A stretch of 62,108 nucleotides of DNA, the filler included, from Choristocarpus tenellus KU-1152 (taxonomy: Eukaryota; Protista; Phaeophyceae): assembly GCA_964200185.2 (NCBI GenBank). It is 8 parts of 8 records of this genome, joined end to end, with 100 filler letters (N's around TTAATTAATTAA, not from the genome) between each part and the next. Parts side by side here need not be neighbours in the genome. Positions count along the whole stretch, not along the records: positions 38,587 to 47,878 come from CAXNAD020003812.1; positions 47,979 to 53,732 come from CAXNAD020009841.1; positions 53,833 to 57,258 come from CAXNAD020020114.1; 5 more parts are not named here. One strand, 5' to 3'. The notes beneath the pieces were generated by a model. The model did no database searches. It had not been told where the DNA came from and saw only the letters and a list, made by a program, of their open reading frames with translations. Positions 41,677 through 53,907 of the stretch are shown piece after piece. Numbering within the stretch: position 1 is the first letter of the stretch; the number at the start of each line of letters is the position of its first letter. A program made the position numbers and the translations under genes.

Positions 41677-42422
41677 TTGTCTCTTCAAACCGGAGAGAAA
41701 ACCTAGTTTATCGCATGGAACTGTTGTCAGCTCCCTGGAATGTCATGGACTCGTCTCCACCTCCACTTCTCTTCAATTGGGGGGAAAGGGTCTACATCGT
41801 CACATCTGTGGCCTACCCTCAGCGAGGAATGGAGGTTGTGTATCAATGTAGTGTGTTGGAGTGCATGGATGAATGGTCTCTCTTTATGACCTCGAGGCTA
41901 GGCAAGAGCGCGGGCTACCTTACTGTGTCTACCTGGTCGCACCAATGACTTGTGCCCTAGACCATAATCTCGAGGTCTCGAGATTATGCATGGGGGCGCT
42001 GGCAGCATTAATGTTGTGCGTTATGCATGCATGTCTCGATTTTCTGTAGAGTAGCTTCCGCCTGATTCACATACTCTTGTCGTCTGTGTCCTCTCTGCTT
42101 ATTTGCTTTCTCCTACGTTGCAATCATCTTTCAGGTACAGAAAGAACCAGCAGTCCGATCAGTCACAATTCAATCGAAGGTGGCTATGAGAACACAAGGT
42201 GTCCCTTGTCTGTGACCCACAGTACCTGTGTCGAGAAGTCATGGAAAGACGAGAGGAATTGACACTTGGCGCAAGGGAAGAGGTTCTGACCTTAAGTCAT
42301 CGTATTGGAGGGTGCCTTTTGAAGATGGAGACAAGGAGGAACTCAACAAGACAGAAATGATTTGCTTATCCCAGGGGTATAAAATGTACCCTTGGAGGGT
42401 CAGGTTTGGCGTGAGAAGGTCT

Positions 42423-43430
42423 GAACTGGGGACCCTTTTATGGTAAGTCAAATTCGAGATGTATACCTGGTAACTTTTGAACAAGACCCTCAGAAAGAAC
42501 AAGTGTGCGCTCTGGTTAAGCTAGGTGCAAACTGACTGTTATTGTATAATGTGACTTTTAGGAGGGACATTCCCAAAGGAAGCAAGATACACATTGATCG
42601 CAGCTGTGATTGGAAAGATCGGAACTAGGGACCCATTATTTGTATGCCAAGTCAGAGATGTATGCTTTGTAACTTTTGATCCACGCCTTCAAAAGGAATA
42701 GGTGTATACTCAGAGTAGACCAGATGCAACCTGACTGTGATTGCATCCCGTGACTTTTCGGAGGGATACTCCCAAAGGAGGCAAAGATACGCCTTGATCA
42801 CACTTGTGATTGAAAGATCGGAACTGGGAACCCATTAATTGTAGGGTCATGTCAGAGATGTATGCTTTGTAACCTTTGAGCCAGACCTCCAAAAAGAAAG
42901 AAGCATGTACAAGGATTAGGCTAGATGTGAACTGAATGTGTGTGATTGTATCCTGTGACTTTTAGAAGGGCACTCCCAAAGGAAGCAATTATACTTATTG
43001 ATCACACTAGTGATTGGGAATACCAGAACTGGGGACCCATTTATTGTAGGTCATGTCAGAGATGTATGCTTTGTACATTTTGAACCATACCTTCGAAAGG
43101 AACAAGCGTATACTCGGATTAGGCTAGATTCGAACTGACTGTGATTGTATCGTGTGACTTTTAGGAGGGATAAGGAAGCAAAGGTATACAATGATCACAC
43201 TTGTGGTTGGGAAGATCGGAACTGGGGACCTCTTAGTTGTAGTCCATGTCAGAGATGTCTGCTTTTTATCTTTTGAACCAGATCTCCAACAAGGAACAAG
43301 CGTATACAAGAACTGCGCCAGACCTCTGAACTGATTGTGATTGCATCCTGTGTCTTTTGGAATGGACACTCCTAAAGGAAACAAGGGGATACCTCATCAT
43401 CTAGAAGCACCGGGTAATTTGGAACTGGAG
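42423..43430 (+). repeat. ~200 bp tandem repeat, about 5 units
   Basis: GAACT(G/A)G anchor at 42423, 42622, 42821, 43026, 43219 and 43422; conserved GTCAGAGATGTATGCTTTGTAAC. Confidence 0.9.
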
Positions 43431-43659
43431 TCCCTGTGGAACCTGTTTGGAGCAGAATGATTTGGAACTCTTGACTTTACCAACCAAGGAAAACAAAAAT
43501 ATGCTGCAACAGAAGGACCGAGGGGATACTCGATTTAACTGTTGTCCTAGCCTTAAGACAATCACCCGTGGTAATCATGAAGCTTGTATATCTAGTTCAT
43601 GCTGTTGGGCATGTTACGGGTGGTTAGCATGTCTGCTATCGCACTCTAACCAGTGCGAG

Positions 43660-44180
43660 CAGTCTTGCTATGACATTCCCTGTTTTTGTGATGTGTATTT
43701 GGTTGTGTCTATAGTTCTAAAGGGGGAGAGTATATGACCCTACCCTATTTCAGTATTCCTGCAATTTTGTGTCTCTATTCATTAGGGTTGATGGTTGTGA
43801 AGGGGTAGAGTCTTGCTATGGCACTCTCTCTTTTTCTGACATTTGTCCTTATTTGTTTGAATGTTCGTAGTTTCTAGAGAGGGTAGGCCTTTCCATGGCA
43901 GCACCCTATCTCGTTGTGATCGTCAGACGTTGTGTTGGTGTCCTGTGGTTGTTTGTGTTTATAGTTCTGAAAGGGTAGAGTCTATGGCAGTACCCTAATT
44001 CAGTGCTACTGTGATTTTGTGTCTGTATTCATTTGTGTTGATATTTTTGAAGGTTTGGAGTCTTTCTATGACAGAACCCTACTATGTTGTTATTGTGGGA
44101 CACTTTTGTCTGCACTTGTTTACATGTTCATAGTTCTCAAGGAGGGAGAGCCTTTATATGGCAGTACCCTATTTCTCTTG
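43660..44180 (+). repeat. Degenerate ~80-85 bp tandem repeat
   Basis: AAGGGGTAGAGTC...TATGGCAGTACCCTA recurs about six times. Confidence 0.65.
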
Positions 44181-44507
44181 TGACTTGTGATACATTATTC
44201 TTCCATTTTTTTTTCTTTTGTGTTCCATGGCTTTAAAATGATGAGAGTTCTTTTGGAACAGGACCCTATTTTTGACATGCGTGCGAGACTCTGGTGTAGG
44301 AGGCTTTCTCTTGAACGTTGAATCAAATGCTGAGTGAGTGCCGTGAGGTTTGAGTGTCATGCTAGCGTATCTGTTATCAAGGCAAACGTTTGAAGGGGGG
44401 GGTTTCCTCCAGGTTTCCTCCTCCATTGGATCTCCAATGCTGCCTACTGATATGTTTAGACCTGGAAGTGACGTTCATTTCATTTCTGCTACATTTATGA
44501 TAGGATA

Positions 44508-44688
44508 GACCCAAAGTATCTGGGGGGGTGGGGGGGATCTACACGAGGGTGTCCATTTGGACCAAAATCGGGAAAAGTGCATTTGCATTATCCATCCGAC
44601 GTATGGCAGCCAAATCACCCAAAAATCGTGATATGAAAAAATTGACCTCAAATGGACAGCCGCCACCCCCTCCTAGATACTTTGAGCC
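44508..44688 (-). mobile_element. MITE family B, full copy nested in the LTR element
   Basis: GACCCAAAGTATCTGGGGGG...CCTAGATACTTTGAGCC; 3 bp TSD ATA. Confidence 0.88.
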
Positions 44689-44768
44689 ATAAGGAGTGAC
44701 ATTTATTTCCTTGTCCAATTGCCTCTTCTTGTTGTTGAAGCATTTACGCTTCATGCTAGGGGGGGGCA

Positions 44769-45074
44769 TGTTACGGGCGATATGTCTTGATGGCAGTTAT
44801 TCATAAACACCATTATGACCTTGAAGTCCTAGATTTTATATATCTTTGCTTATGGACTACTTACTAATTATTTGGTCATTATGCTGCCTAGTGAGACTAC
44901 AGGTCGTTGACCAGTTCCTTTTATATGATGATCCTTATGAAGTGAATTATCGAAGAGAGAGATCAAGCGTACTTGACGACATGTGCATTATAGAGCCTTG
45001 TATGAGCTTAATGTATTCTTATGGATTGAAGCTGCATATCCCATCATGGTAAGCCTGCAGAGCATTTTGTAACA
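44769..45074 (+). repeat. 3' LTR
   Basis: Preceded by a polypurine tract; TGTTAC...GTAACA. Confidence 0.8.
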
Positions 45075-45639
45075 ATGGCTCGTGTTTATATGCAAGGGTT
45101 TATCAATTCAATCACACAGCATTTTACTCTCACTGCACAAGAAGTTAATCCATTGAAATATAGAAGAAAATGGTATACAAAAACACCAATTGAAATCGTT
45201 GTAAACTCGAGTCGAGCATCATCTTTCCCAATATTATGAACCAATATCCAACATACTATGTGGTATTTGGCATCTCTCCTGTGAGATAACAAATGGAAAT
45301 ATCCTTTTTTCGACTTTTGGCAATGAGTAAGGTTCAAGAAAAAAATGAAAAGAAGAAAAAGACCCGCCATAGTAGCAAAAGATGTTGAATGAACGAGGCA
45401 TGACAGTGCAACAAATTGAACGGGATAGCAACCTATCCCTTCCATTTTATTTTTGTTATTGCGTACGGAGGAGGAAAAGGGGACAAAGTGTGCATGCCTG
45501 CATCCATACCGGACGTGGAACGCAACAAGTGCATATCCCGTGTATATCATGGTTTCAAACCACAAAGCAAGAATCACGACACTTCCGCTGACGACATGCA
45601 GAATATCACCTAGGCAATCGATGGGGGCATATTTTCACT

Positions 45640-46190
45640 CCACCTACTGCGGCATGACAAAAAGTTGCATGGATTGGCAAAAGCCAAGCCCTTAACCTGC
45701 TGTCCCATCCAAACACATCCAAGTAGCCTCGACAAGCTGCTTCTCCACCAACACCGACATCCTATGGGTAGCTATTGGTCCTAGTCCATTCAAAGACACA
45801 CAGATAACCTCCATAGGCAGCAGGAAGACGAGGAACTGACTCACCCCCCAAAAAACACCCATTGGCCGTGGCCCACTTCAAGATGTCCAGGAGGTGTCCC
45901 CCTATTCTAGCATTGGAACAGTATTCATCCCAAGAACAGCCATTACCTCTAAGCCACTTTAAGATATCCAGATGTCCCCCTTCTGCAGCAATAGAACAAA
46001 TATTTGACCTTGATCCACTTCGAGATACCCAGGTGATCCCACTTGTGCTGCTCCTCAGAAGGTGTAGCTACCCCAAGGACAGCCGTTGGCCCTGGCCCAC
46101 TTCAAGATGTCCAGGTGACCTCCCTTGTCCTGCACCTGAGAAGGTAGAGGCAAGCAAAGGACAGTCGTTGGCGAGGCGTTCCCTGAGCAG
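45640..46190 (-). pseudogene. Decayed ankyrin-like repeats (GCPWD...AAxGGHLxxLKW type)
   Basis: Minus-strand frames read ICSIAAEGGHLDILKWLRGNGCSWDEYCSNARIGGHLLDILKWATANGCF, with frameshifts and stops. Confidence 0.7.
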
Positions 46191-46824
46191 CACCAAAACA
46201 AATTATCCACACATTGGACAAATCAAATCCAAATTGTGGAATACAGATCAATTTTCGACAAATCAAATGGCTGGTCCTGTCGTAAATGTAAGTTATTGCT
46301 CTTTGAGGCACAACCTCACGACTACAATAATTAGGGCTTAACCATTTCATTAGTCAATCCCAGTCACTTGTAACGAAAGTATTCATATTTCCGAGAGAGT
46401 GGTGTGGGTAAGTAAGTCTCCTGACAACCTGATGAGATGTTGATGAATCAACACACTGTGATCTAAATAACTTGTGCTCACACAGCCACAAATCATTGTG
46501 AAGGAATTCAAACCAAAGTATTCATACCAAAGAATATTTTTATTGCTGTACCAAGGGATTGTACAAGGAAAGACTTTGTACAAGTTTCGCAGATAGGACA
46601 GTGGTCCGTACAAACTGTACACACTCCGTAGATAAGGGAATGGAATGACAAATATTTAGTACTTCGTAGTATAGGATGCAAGAAAACATTGTATTGGCTT
46701 TTCCCCCGACACATCTGCAAATTGTCAGAGGGCATAATAAAATAATGCAAGATATAACTACATTGATTGGTAAATAGGAAGGCGTGCCCATAACGTGACT
46801 GACCCCAGTGTCAAAAAAACATTA

Positions 46825-46995
46825 CCTGGTCGGTCATAGATAATAAGATGTTCTGGCACGGTCAAATCCACGGCCATCAGTACTCAACATGACCAGGGCC
46901 AACGGCCAGCTATGAACAATCAATTTCAGACATGACCGAGTCCGTGGCCATTGACCGTTTCAACATGACGAGGCCGCAGGCTGGACCGTGACCAT
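46825..46995 (+). repeat. Degenerate ~40 bp tandem repeat
   Basis: ACATGACCNGGTCCACGGCCA-like unit, about four copies. Confidence 0.5.
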
Positions 46996-47319
46996 ATAGC
47001 AAACGGTTGGATATGATAGCTGCCCAGCCTTGTGCATGGCCCTACAAATTGGGACAGATATCTACAAATCATGCGTACATGCTAGCCAACAAGGTCTACA
47101 TGGACAAGTCAAGATTTGTACATCGTTCCTCAACGTTGAGTTGTACTCAGTACATGATTTGTGGCACAACCTTCCTGGTATAAATAGTTGTACATCCTCC
47201 TCATCACTCCTTCAACCTTAACATACAAATATTAGTAGATATTTTTTTTACTACTGATTTATGAAGAATAAATGAGTAAACCCATGACTTGTCTGATATG
47301 CGAGATGTTTTCACCCACA

Positions 47320-47745
47320 AGACAGCCATTGGCCCTGGCCCACTTCAAAATATCCAGGTGTCCCCCAACTGTAGCATCAGAAGTAGCTCCTTCCAAGCAC
47401 AACAATTGCCTTTGAGTCACTCCAGGAGATTAAGATACCCCACAACTGCAGCACCGAAAAGGTGGTTTCATCCCAAGGATACACATTACCTCTTAGCCGC
47501 TTCAAGACATCCAGATGTCCCCCTATTGCAGCTCTAGTGAATGTATCACAATTCCAAGGATACAGCAAATGACCTTGGCCCAGACCAACACATCTAGATA
47601 CCCTAATGTTGCTGTTTGGTTGCAGGAACTTGCGCACCAAGTGCAGGTGTTTGTCCCTACATATTGAATGATTCTAAGTAACCTCCAGCTCCAGCTTCGG
47701 TTCAACTTATCGCGTCCCAAGGACAGCCAAACACTCTTGCCCAAG
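47320..47745 (-). pseudogene. Decayed ankyrin-like repeats, upstream part
   Basis: LGYLDVLVWAK; YPWNCDTFTRAAIGGHLDVLKRLRGNVYPWDETTFS; GHLDILKWARANGCL; split over several frames. Confidence 0.72.
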
Positions 47746-47782
47746 ATGACATTAACGCTTACTGGACAGCTGATGTGATGGT

Positions 47783-47878
47783 GACTAAAAGTATCTGGGG
47801 GGGGGGGGGGTGGCGACTGTCCATTTGGGGGTCATTTTTCCATGTCGCGATTTTTGGGTGATTTGGTTACATGAATCC
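47783..47878 (+). mobile_element. MITE family B, left half at contig end
   Basis: GACTAAAAGTATCT + poly-G + TGGCGACTGTCCATTTGGGGG. Confidence 0.8.
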
Positions 47879-47978
47879 NNNNNNNNNNNNNNNNNNNNNN
47901 NNNNNNNNNNNNNNNNNNNNNNTTAATTAATTAANNNNNNNNNNNNNNNNNNNNNNNNNNNNNNNNNNNNNNNNNNNN

Positions 47979-48037
47979 TCTTTGACCGAAACGGACGCCC
48001 CCTCACAAACCACTCCCCCCCCCAGATACTTTGACCC
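47979..48037 (+). mobile_element. MITE family B, right end at contig start
   Basis: poly-C + AGATACTTTGACCC. Confidence 0.7.
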
Positions 48038-48170
48038 TAACACACACCGAAAACATGGGACATAAGTTCACTCTTACATTCACAAAAAGGACACGGTTAA
48101 GCCTGACAAGAGTATCACTCTTAGATTACACCAGAAATAGAGAATTCTACCCAAACAAAAATATACTCAC

Positions 48171-50357
48171 GTGAACCAACACATGCCTCCAAGCATGTAG
48201 CTGAATATCAGTGTGTAGATGAAGATGCATGTACGTTTACAGTTCAGAGATGTGGGAGGAAGGCCATGGGTCAGAAATAGATCAACTAAGAAGGGTATTA
48301 GATTGTAGATGCCGCTCTACAGTACTTATTTGGCCAATGCAGTACATAAAACAGTCCCTGCAACCTTCAACCAATCAATTGCCTTGGATACGATGTCCAA
48401 AAGTACTTACCCCTTATGCGAACTCTGGGGCTTCGCAGCAATGGCAGACTGCCAGTAGGATTGGTCCACAAATACCGTGCCAAAGTTGCCAACAATATTG
48501 ATGATACCGAAGATCAGACCTTCACGTGACAGCATGGTAACGTACGAGCCATCCTCATTCCCTTCGACTGGACCACAGGCAGTGAGCATGAACTCGCCAG
48601 AAGAGCCGTAAGAACAGTCGGTGATCGACGTTACCTCCTCAAGCATGTCGTACATGTTTCCAGGGCTGTTTGGGTAAATCGTGTGAAGGTACAGATAGTG
48701 GTTGAGGATTCGTCAAGCAACAGACGTGTCAGGTACTGCCTACAGCTCCTTGCAGTCCTATTGCACATGACTCTAGACTTATGGCTACTCCAAATCAGCT
48801 GTCCGGAAAAAATGTTTTCGTCAAGTCAAACTGATTCATCTGGACGGTCACCTTCTTCTCGCCTTTCTCACCTGCCAACGTATTTCTCCGGCCCAGCATA
48901 GATGTAGAAGACGAAGATGCACAGCACAGCAAATATGATGGCTGTATGAATGTATGAGGCCAAGAAGGTGGCCTTCAGGCCACCAGCCATCGTGTAGGCA
49001 ATTACTCCCCATGGAATCAAGAAAGATGCTAGGTTGAGGTCCACACCAGTGAGAGCATTCACAGTTGCAGCACCGCCAAGCAAAAGCATACTGGTCACGA
49101 TGACGTTTGTAAGCAGGGCGAAGAACAAGAACACCTTGTGCGCCACGTTCCCCCACCGTGCTTGGATGATCTCAAGGAAGGTGTGACATGTGGGCGCTTT
49201 CCGCTTCACTTCTATCGCAAGGATACCGAAGAGTAACACCTGGATGGTGGCACCAGAGGCATACCAAAAGGGCCCTGAAACACCATATGAAAACGCAACG
49301 TTGGAAGACTGGAGGAGGGTCGCCGCCCACGTCCACTGCGACACAATGACGGAGGCTGTGAGGCCAGTTTTTATCGAGCGTCCCGCGGTGTTGAACTGTA
49401 GTAAGGCACGGATAGGGGTGGAGAGACACAGGACTTGTGAGATACTAAATATTCGGTGAAATGCGCGTGTCAAGGGTTTCTTCATCTTCTCTCGCACACT
49501 GCCCTTTGAGTCGACATTGTACTGAAGACAGCTAACAACCTTAATTCTTCTACAACCCGTACGATCTTCTTTCTCATGACTTACGTGCTCGGAAGTGATG
49601 TTGGTTCCATTAAACTTGGCATCAAGCCAAACCAGGAAGGCTGTGTGTATGGTGGGGAATGCATTGCAGCAATGAGGTTAGAAGCTGGAAGGTCCACATA
49701 CTGTAGAAAACACTAGACATTCCATAGGATAAGACAGAGGTACGACAACTTTCTTTCTACTGGACGAATGTCGAGCATCAGAGTACAACATTAGCTTCAT
49801 CAGAGGTAACACTGACACTTACTCGTGAAGAAGGAGAAGAATATGCCGAAGATCAGCACGACCACTGCCAATGAGATGGACGGGGGAGCATACAAATAGG
49901 AGCTGTGTCAGAAACGATATGTAGTCTGAACTTCTCCTCAGGATTCGCAGCTATAACCTCCTGAAACAGAGAAGATATGGATACAACTCTTGAGGGGAAA
50001 AGGACATGCTGGATGCAACAAGCACAACATGTGGTGGTGGTATATGAGTGCGTCTTACCATATCCCACAGCCTCTGAGAGTGGAGCCTCGCCTCCGAAGA
50101 ATGACCCCTGCGAGAAGCAGTACACAGGTAGGATAGTTAGATCTCATCACAAGTGAGTCAATTTGAAACCTCCTCATTGCGAGAGATGCTCTTGAAATGG
50201 GAAATATACGAAAGGCTCCAGGATGCCATAGATCGTTCATCGCAGGACCATGCATTTTTCGTGACCTTCTTGTTGTGACGCTGTAATGGATAAATCATGA
50301 AACACTTACTTCCGACTGGTAATCGACAGGCACGCTTGTCCCTATCACAGTCGCCAT
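48171..50357 (-). CDS. DUR3: High-affinity urea transporter DUR3 (solute:sodium symporter family), 5' half
   Basis: Exons: 50357-50310 ([16 protein letters not shown]), 50107-50059 ([16 protein letters not shown]), ~49864-49823, ~49640-49585 (NITSEH), ~49395-48880 ([31 protein letters not shown]...[12 protein letters not shown]), ~48665-48411 ([25 protein letters not shown]), ~48200-48171 ([10 protein letters not shown]). These are diagnostic DUR3 motifs. Confidence 0.95.
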
Positions 50358-53300
50358 TACGACACCCGTTCGTTCACCAGTTTGCGTTATAGTGGATACT
50401 TGTGGAAGTAGCTGGTCAGGATAGGGGCATGTGGGTCTTGAGATCTTGGAATGGTTTGATGTGGTTGAACCGAAGTTCTTTTACATTGTTATTTGGAGGT
50501 ATAGAGTCACAAAAAAGACAGAACCACTACCTCAAAAATCCAGCGTTTCATGGTGGGTCTTGATGATATTGATTGATACCGTCCAAACTTTTTTGGTATA
50601 TGATATCAATATTACATACCATACAATTATAGTGCAATAATACCATGGATTCCGACCCTATATTAGTAACAAAACTGCTTTGATATAGATTGGTCTAAGA
50701 TACAAAAAATGTTGTAGAAGCGGATTGCCATTTTTTTGGGATGGGCATATAAATTATCATGCCCTCGGACATTGTGTAAATGTGTTCTGTATATATATGA
50801 GAGATGAAAAATAGAGCTAGATGATATTATTGGACAATATATTCGAGAGATATAGTTCTGAGTTTCCAGACACATAATCTCTCTTGCATGAATTCCCATG
50901 TTGTTCTTGCTACTATTACTGTTATATTTAATGGTACACATGATATTCGGATCATCTTGAGGTTCTATCATTCTATACCTCCCAAAAAGATAAACAATTG
51001 GATTAGCATTGATTTGTTGAACTTACTTATGGGACGCCACAAAAAAGTCTAATCTAATTTCAATATCTAGCTAGTTTAATGCCTCAATTTAGTTTAAACT
51101 ATCCCTATCCCAACCTGTCATCACAAATGTTTAGAGGGGCTACAAATATCCTCATTACCACTAGAAATAGCAAAAATAGAGCACCACAAAATATTCAAAA
51201 TATATTTCCCAAATATTATGAATTTGCATTGGTATTGTTCTTCGAGACTTTCACGTTCCAACTTCAACATTCACTCTTCTTGTATTCTAACTTCAAATTT
51301 GACCATAAAATAATGACGTCAACAAATAGCAGCATTTACAACTCTCTTCCGATTTTTCCAACATTTGTAGAAATTATCCAACATGAACAAATCGACATAG
51401 AAAAATTAGCTCTTGCATGATAACATTTGGTACGAATTTCACATGTTTTATACCCCATCCCCTCCACAGAACACTTCTTTTCTTCATAAAAATCATTCCA
51501 ACGTCACATCATCAGCACTTCCCCCCCCCATCAAATCCTAATCCTTCCTGTGCTGTCACCACCACATCCCCATTGAGTAGATGTTGTACTGGGTTCCTAC
51601 ACATTATCTCTTGACCCAGTTCTAACCAATCCATTCTACCTTCTGCCAACCCCTTTGACATCCACACTGGGCACCTCTGCTTTGCCTAAGCATACACAGT
51701 GGTAATCCTCCTCCACATACATCCCGAGTTCCCCCATTGGTACAAAGGCTTTCTGGTTCCTTGTGATCACCCTCCACCTTGTTACGTCTCTGTATAGATC
51801 ATCACAGGAGGAGTCGGATTGTAAGTCTGGGTCGTATTCCACAATTACCGTATTACAACCTCAACACCACCTATCCTCCAATCCCCTTTGTAACCCTTCG
51901 TAGTAGAGGGCACAACTGGCACAACGGCGTACTTTGCGCAATCCTCTCGAACCTAATGACGTCCCTTCCTCACCCAGGCAGGAATTGCTCCTGCCATTTA
52001 ACATGTTAGGGCGTTAAAGGTTAGTTTGAACCTTGTCCCTATCCCACCTAGAGTTTTCATCTGCCAACACATCCTTCTGTTTCGTGTTCTGTCTCGAATG
52101 ACCAACCCTGTACCACCTCGCGTGTTGCTAGAGTCTATCAATATGAGGTCTTAGTTAAACCCTTTCCCTATCCCGAGAGGTCTATCTCTTGGACCTCCTT
52201 TAGTACTCTGTTACTTCTGACCTCTGATCTCTCTCTCTCACCAGCTGGCCTAGCCAACCCCTTATCTTGCGTAGTCCCGATAGGTATACCGGCCTAGGCC
52301 GACCATGTAAGACATCATGTGAGACCAATGCCCCTATCAAGATTCTCCGATTCCCTTCTGCTGAGTTATTTTTCATTTTGTAGTATTTTATTCAATATAT
52401 TCAAGATGCCACTGCTTCCTTAATGGCCTTTCTCTTTCACCCTTAGGCAACACAATCTTCATAGTTTCTATCTTAATCATGCTACACACTACTCCTTGGC
52501 GTGGGTTCCAAACACATGAGGTGTTGGTTAGTCAGGCTAAGGTCCACGCAGCTTGAATATATTATATTATTGTTGGGTGTATTGCCAACGAATTTCTTAA
52601 CCCCCTCTGCAAACCCTTGGATTTCAATCATCATAGTACTGGCAACCACATAAATCCTGGTGTAAGACAGATCCTCCCTTCCCCCCCTTCTACCTCTTGG
52701 ATTTATTACCACCTATCTAAAGCACAAAAACCTGCCTCTCACTTGCCTGTTGTTATGGAAAACCTACACCACCTGGAATAACACCAGCCCCCACTAGGAT
52801 ATCCGTAGATCAGAGAGGTATCCCTCCCACGAAGATTGCTCAAAATGATCTTTCATCTGCCCCTATAGCCCTTCCTCAAGTATTTAGCAGTGATGATTCC
52901 TTCTTCGTCAAATCCCTCTTCACTCGTTTTCCTTTGCCTTTCCGAACTCCATATCCTCGATTCAGCTCTTTCCACTAAACATTTCCCTTCCACCTTTCAT
53001 GCTTTCCCCCCACCACGTGTTCGAAAATCAACCATCTCACCGATCAACCACCACAAAAAATTCCAAACTTCTCCCAGTCACGAACTGAGAATACTTCGTA
53101 TCTCAGGCATTCTACGAAAAAAGTGCATGAAGAATGAAGTGGCAAGGTTTAATTGCCGAACGAAATTCGCGGCAGGATGAATAATTGAACCCCCTACAGT
53201 TCAAAAACATGCTTTTCATGATTTGCCGTTTTAAGTGAAGCTGACAGTCTATCATACTTGCTAAAAGGACCAAGTTTTAGAGTACCTGGTCAGATACTGC

Positions 53301-53639
53301 CCGAGACAAATTGTCACACCTTCTAACTATAAATGTGTTCTGAATGGTGTCCATAATACGTAGTAAACGATACAGTATACACCTACTAATTCTCATACTA
53401 AGTACTGTACAGATCTAACTGCAATACTATTAGACTACAACTAAAATGTTATAGTGCCTTCTTTGTACGTGCCTTGCTTCTTGGACGTTGGGTTCAACTA
53501 TCACTCCAGTCGTCACTCCCAGCCTCCTCCCTCAAATCTTGTCTGAACCCGCCTTGGTGCCACTTCCCAATGAAACCGGCGTTTTTGTGGTATAGGGACA
53601 AATTTTGTAGCGCATGATGTAATCCTGTCAAACATGTAC

Positions 53640-53732
53640 TACTATTATACATATATATATATACCACTATTGCACATATATATACAAATATATACTATTA
53701 TTGTACTAATATATACTATTGTTATACAAATA
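53640..53732. repeat. AT-rich low-complexity / TA microsatellite
   Basis: Repeated TATA and TACTATT units running up to the spacer. Confidence 0.7.
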
Positions 53733-53832
53733 NNNNNNNNNNNNNNNNNNNNNNNNNNNNNNNNNNNNNNNNNNNNTTAATTAATTAANNNNNNNNNNNN
53801 NNNNNNNNNNNNNNNNNNNNNNNNNNNNNNNN

Positions 53833-53907
53833 AATGCACTTTTCCTGATTTTGGTCCAAATGGACACCCTGGTCTAGACCCCCCCCCCCTCCCAGATACT
53901 TTGGGTC
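53833..53907 (+). mobile_element. MITE family B, right half
   Basis: CCAAATGGACACCCTGG + poly-C + AGATACTTTGGGTC. Confidence 0.82.

Larger units (their letters stand above)
41306..45074 (+). mobile_element. Non-autonomous LTR retroelement (LARD/TRIM-like)
   Basis: Two diverged direct repeats (41306-41630 and 44769-45074), each bounded by TGTTAC...GTAACA. PBS follows the 5' LTR; a polypurine tract AGGGGGGGG precedes the 3' LTR; flanks ATTG/ATGG; no long ORF. Confidence 0.8.

Noticed and set aside
50660-52700. Possible Penelope or LINE reverse-transcriptase relic on the minus strand
   Set aside because: Only vague motif echoes among many stops; not supportable without a profile search.
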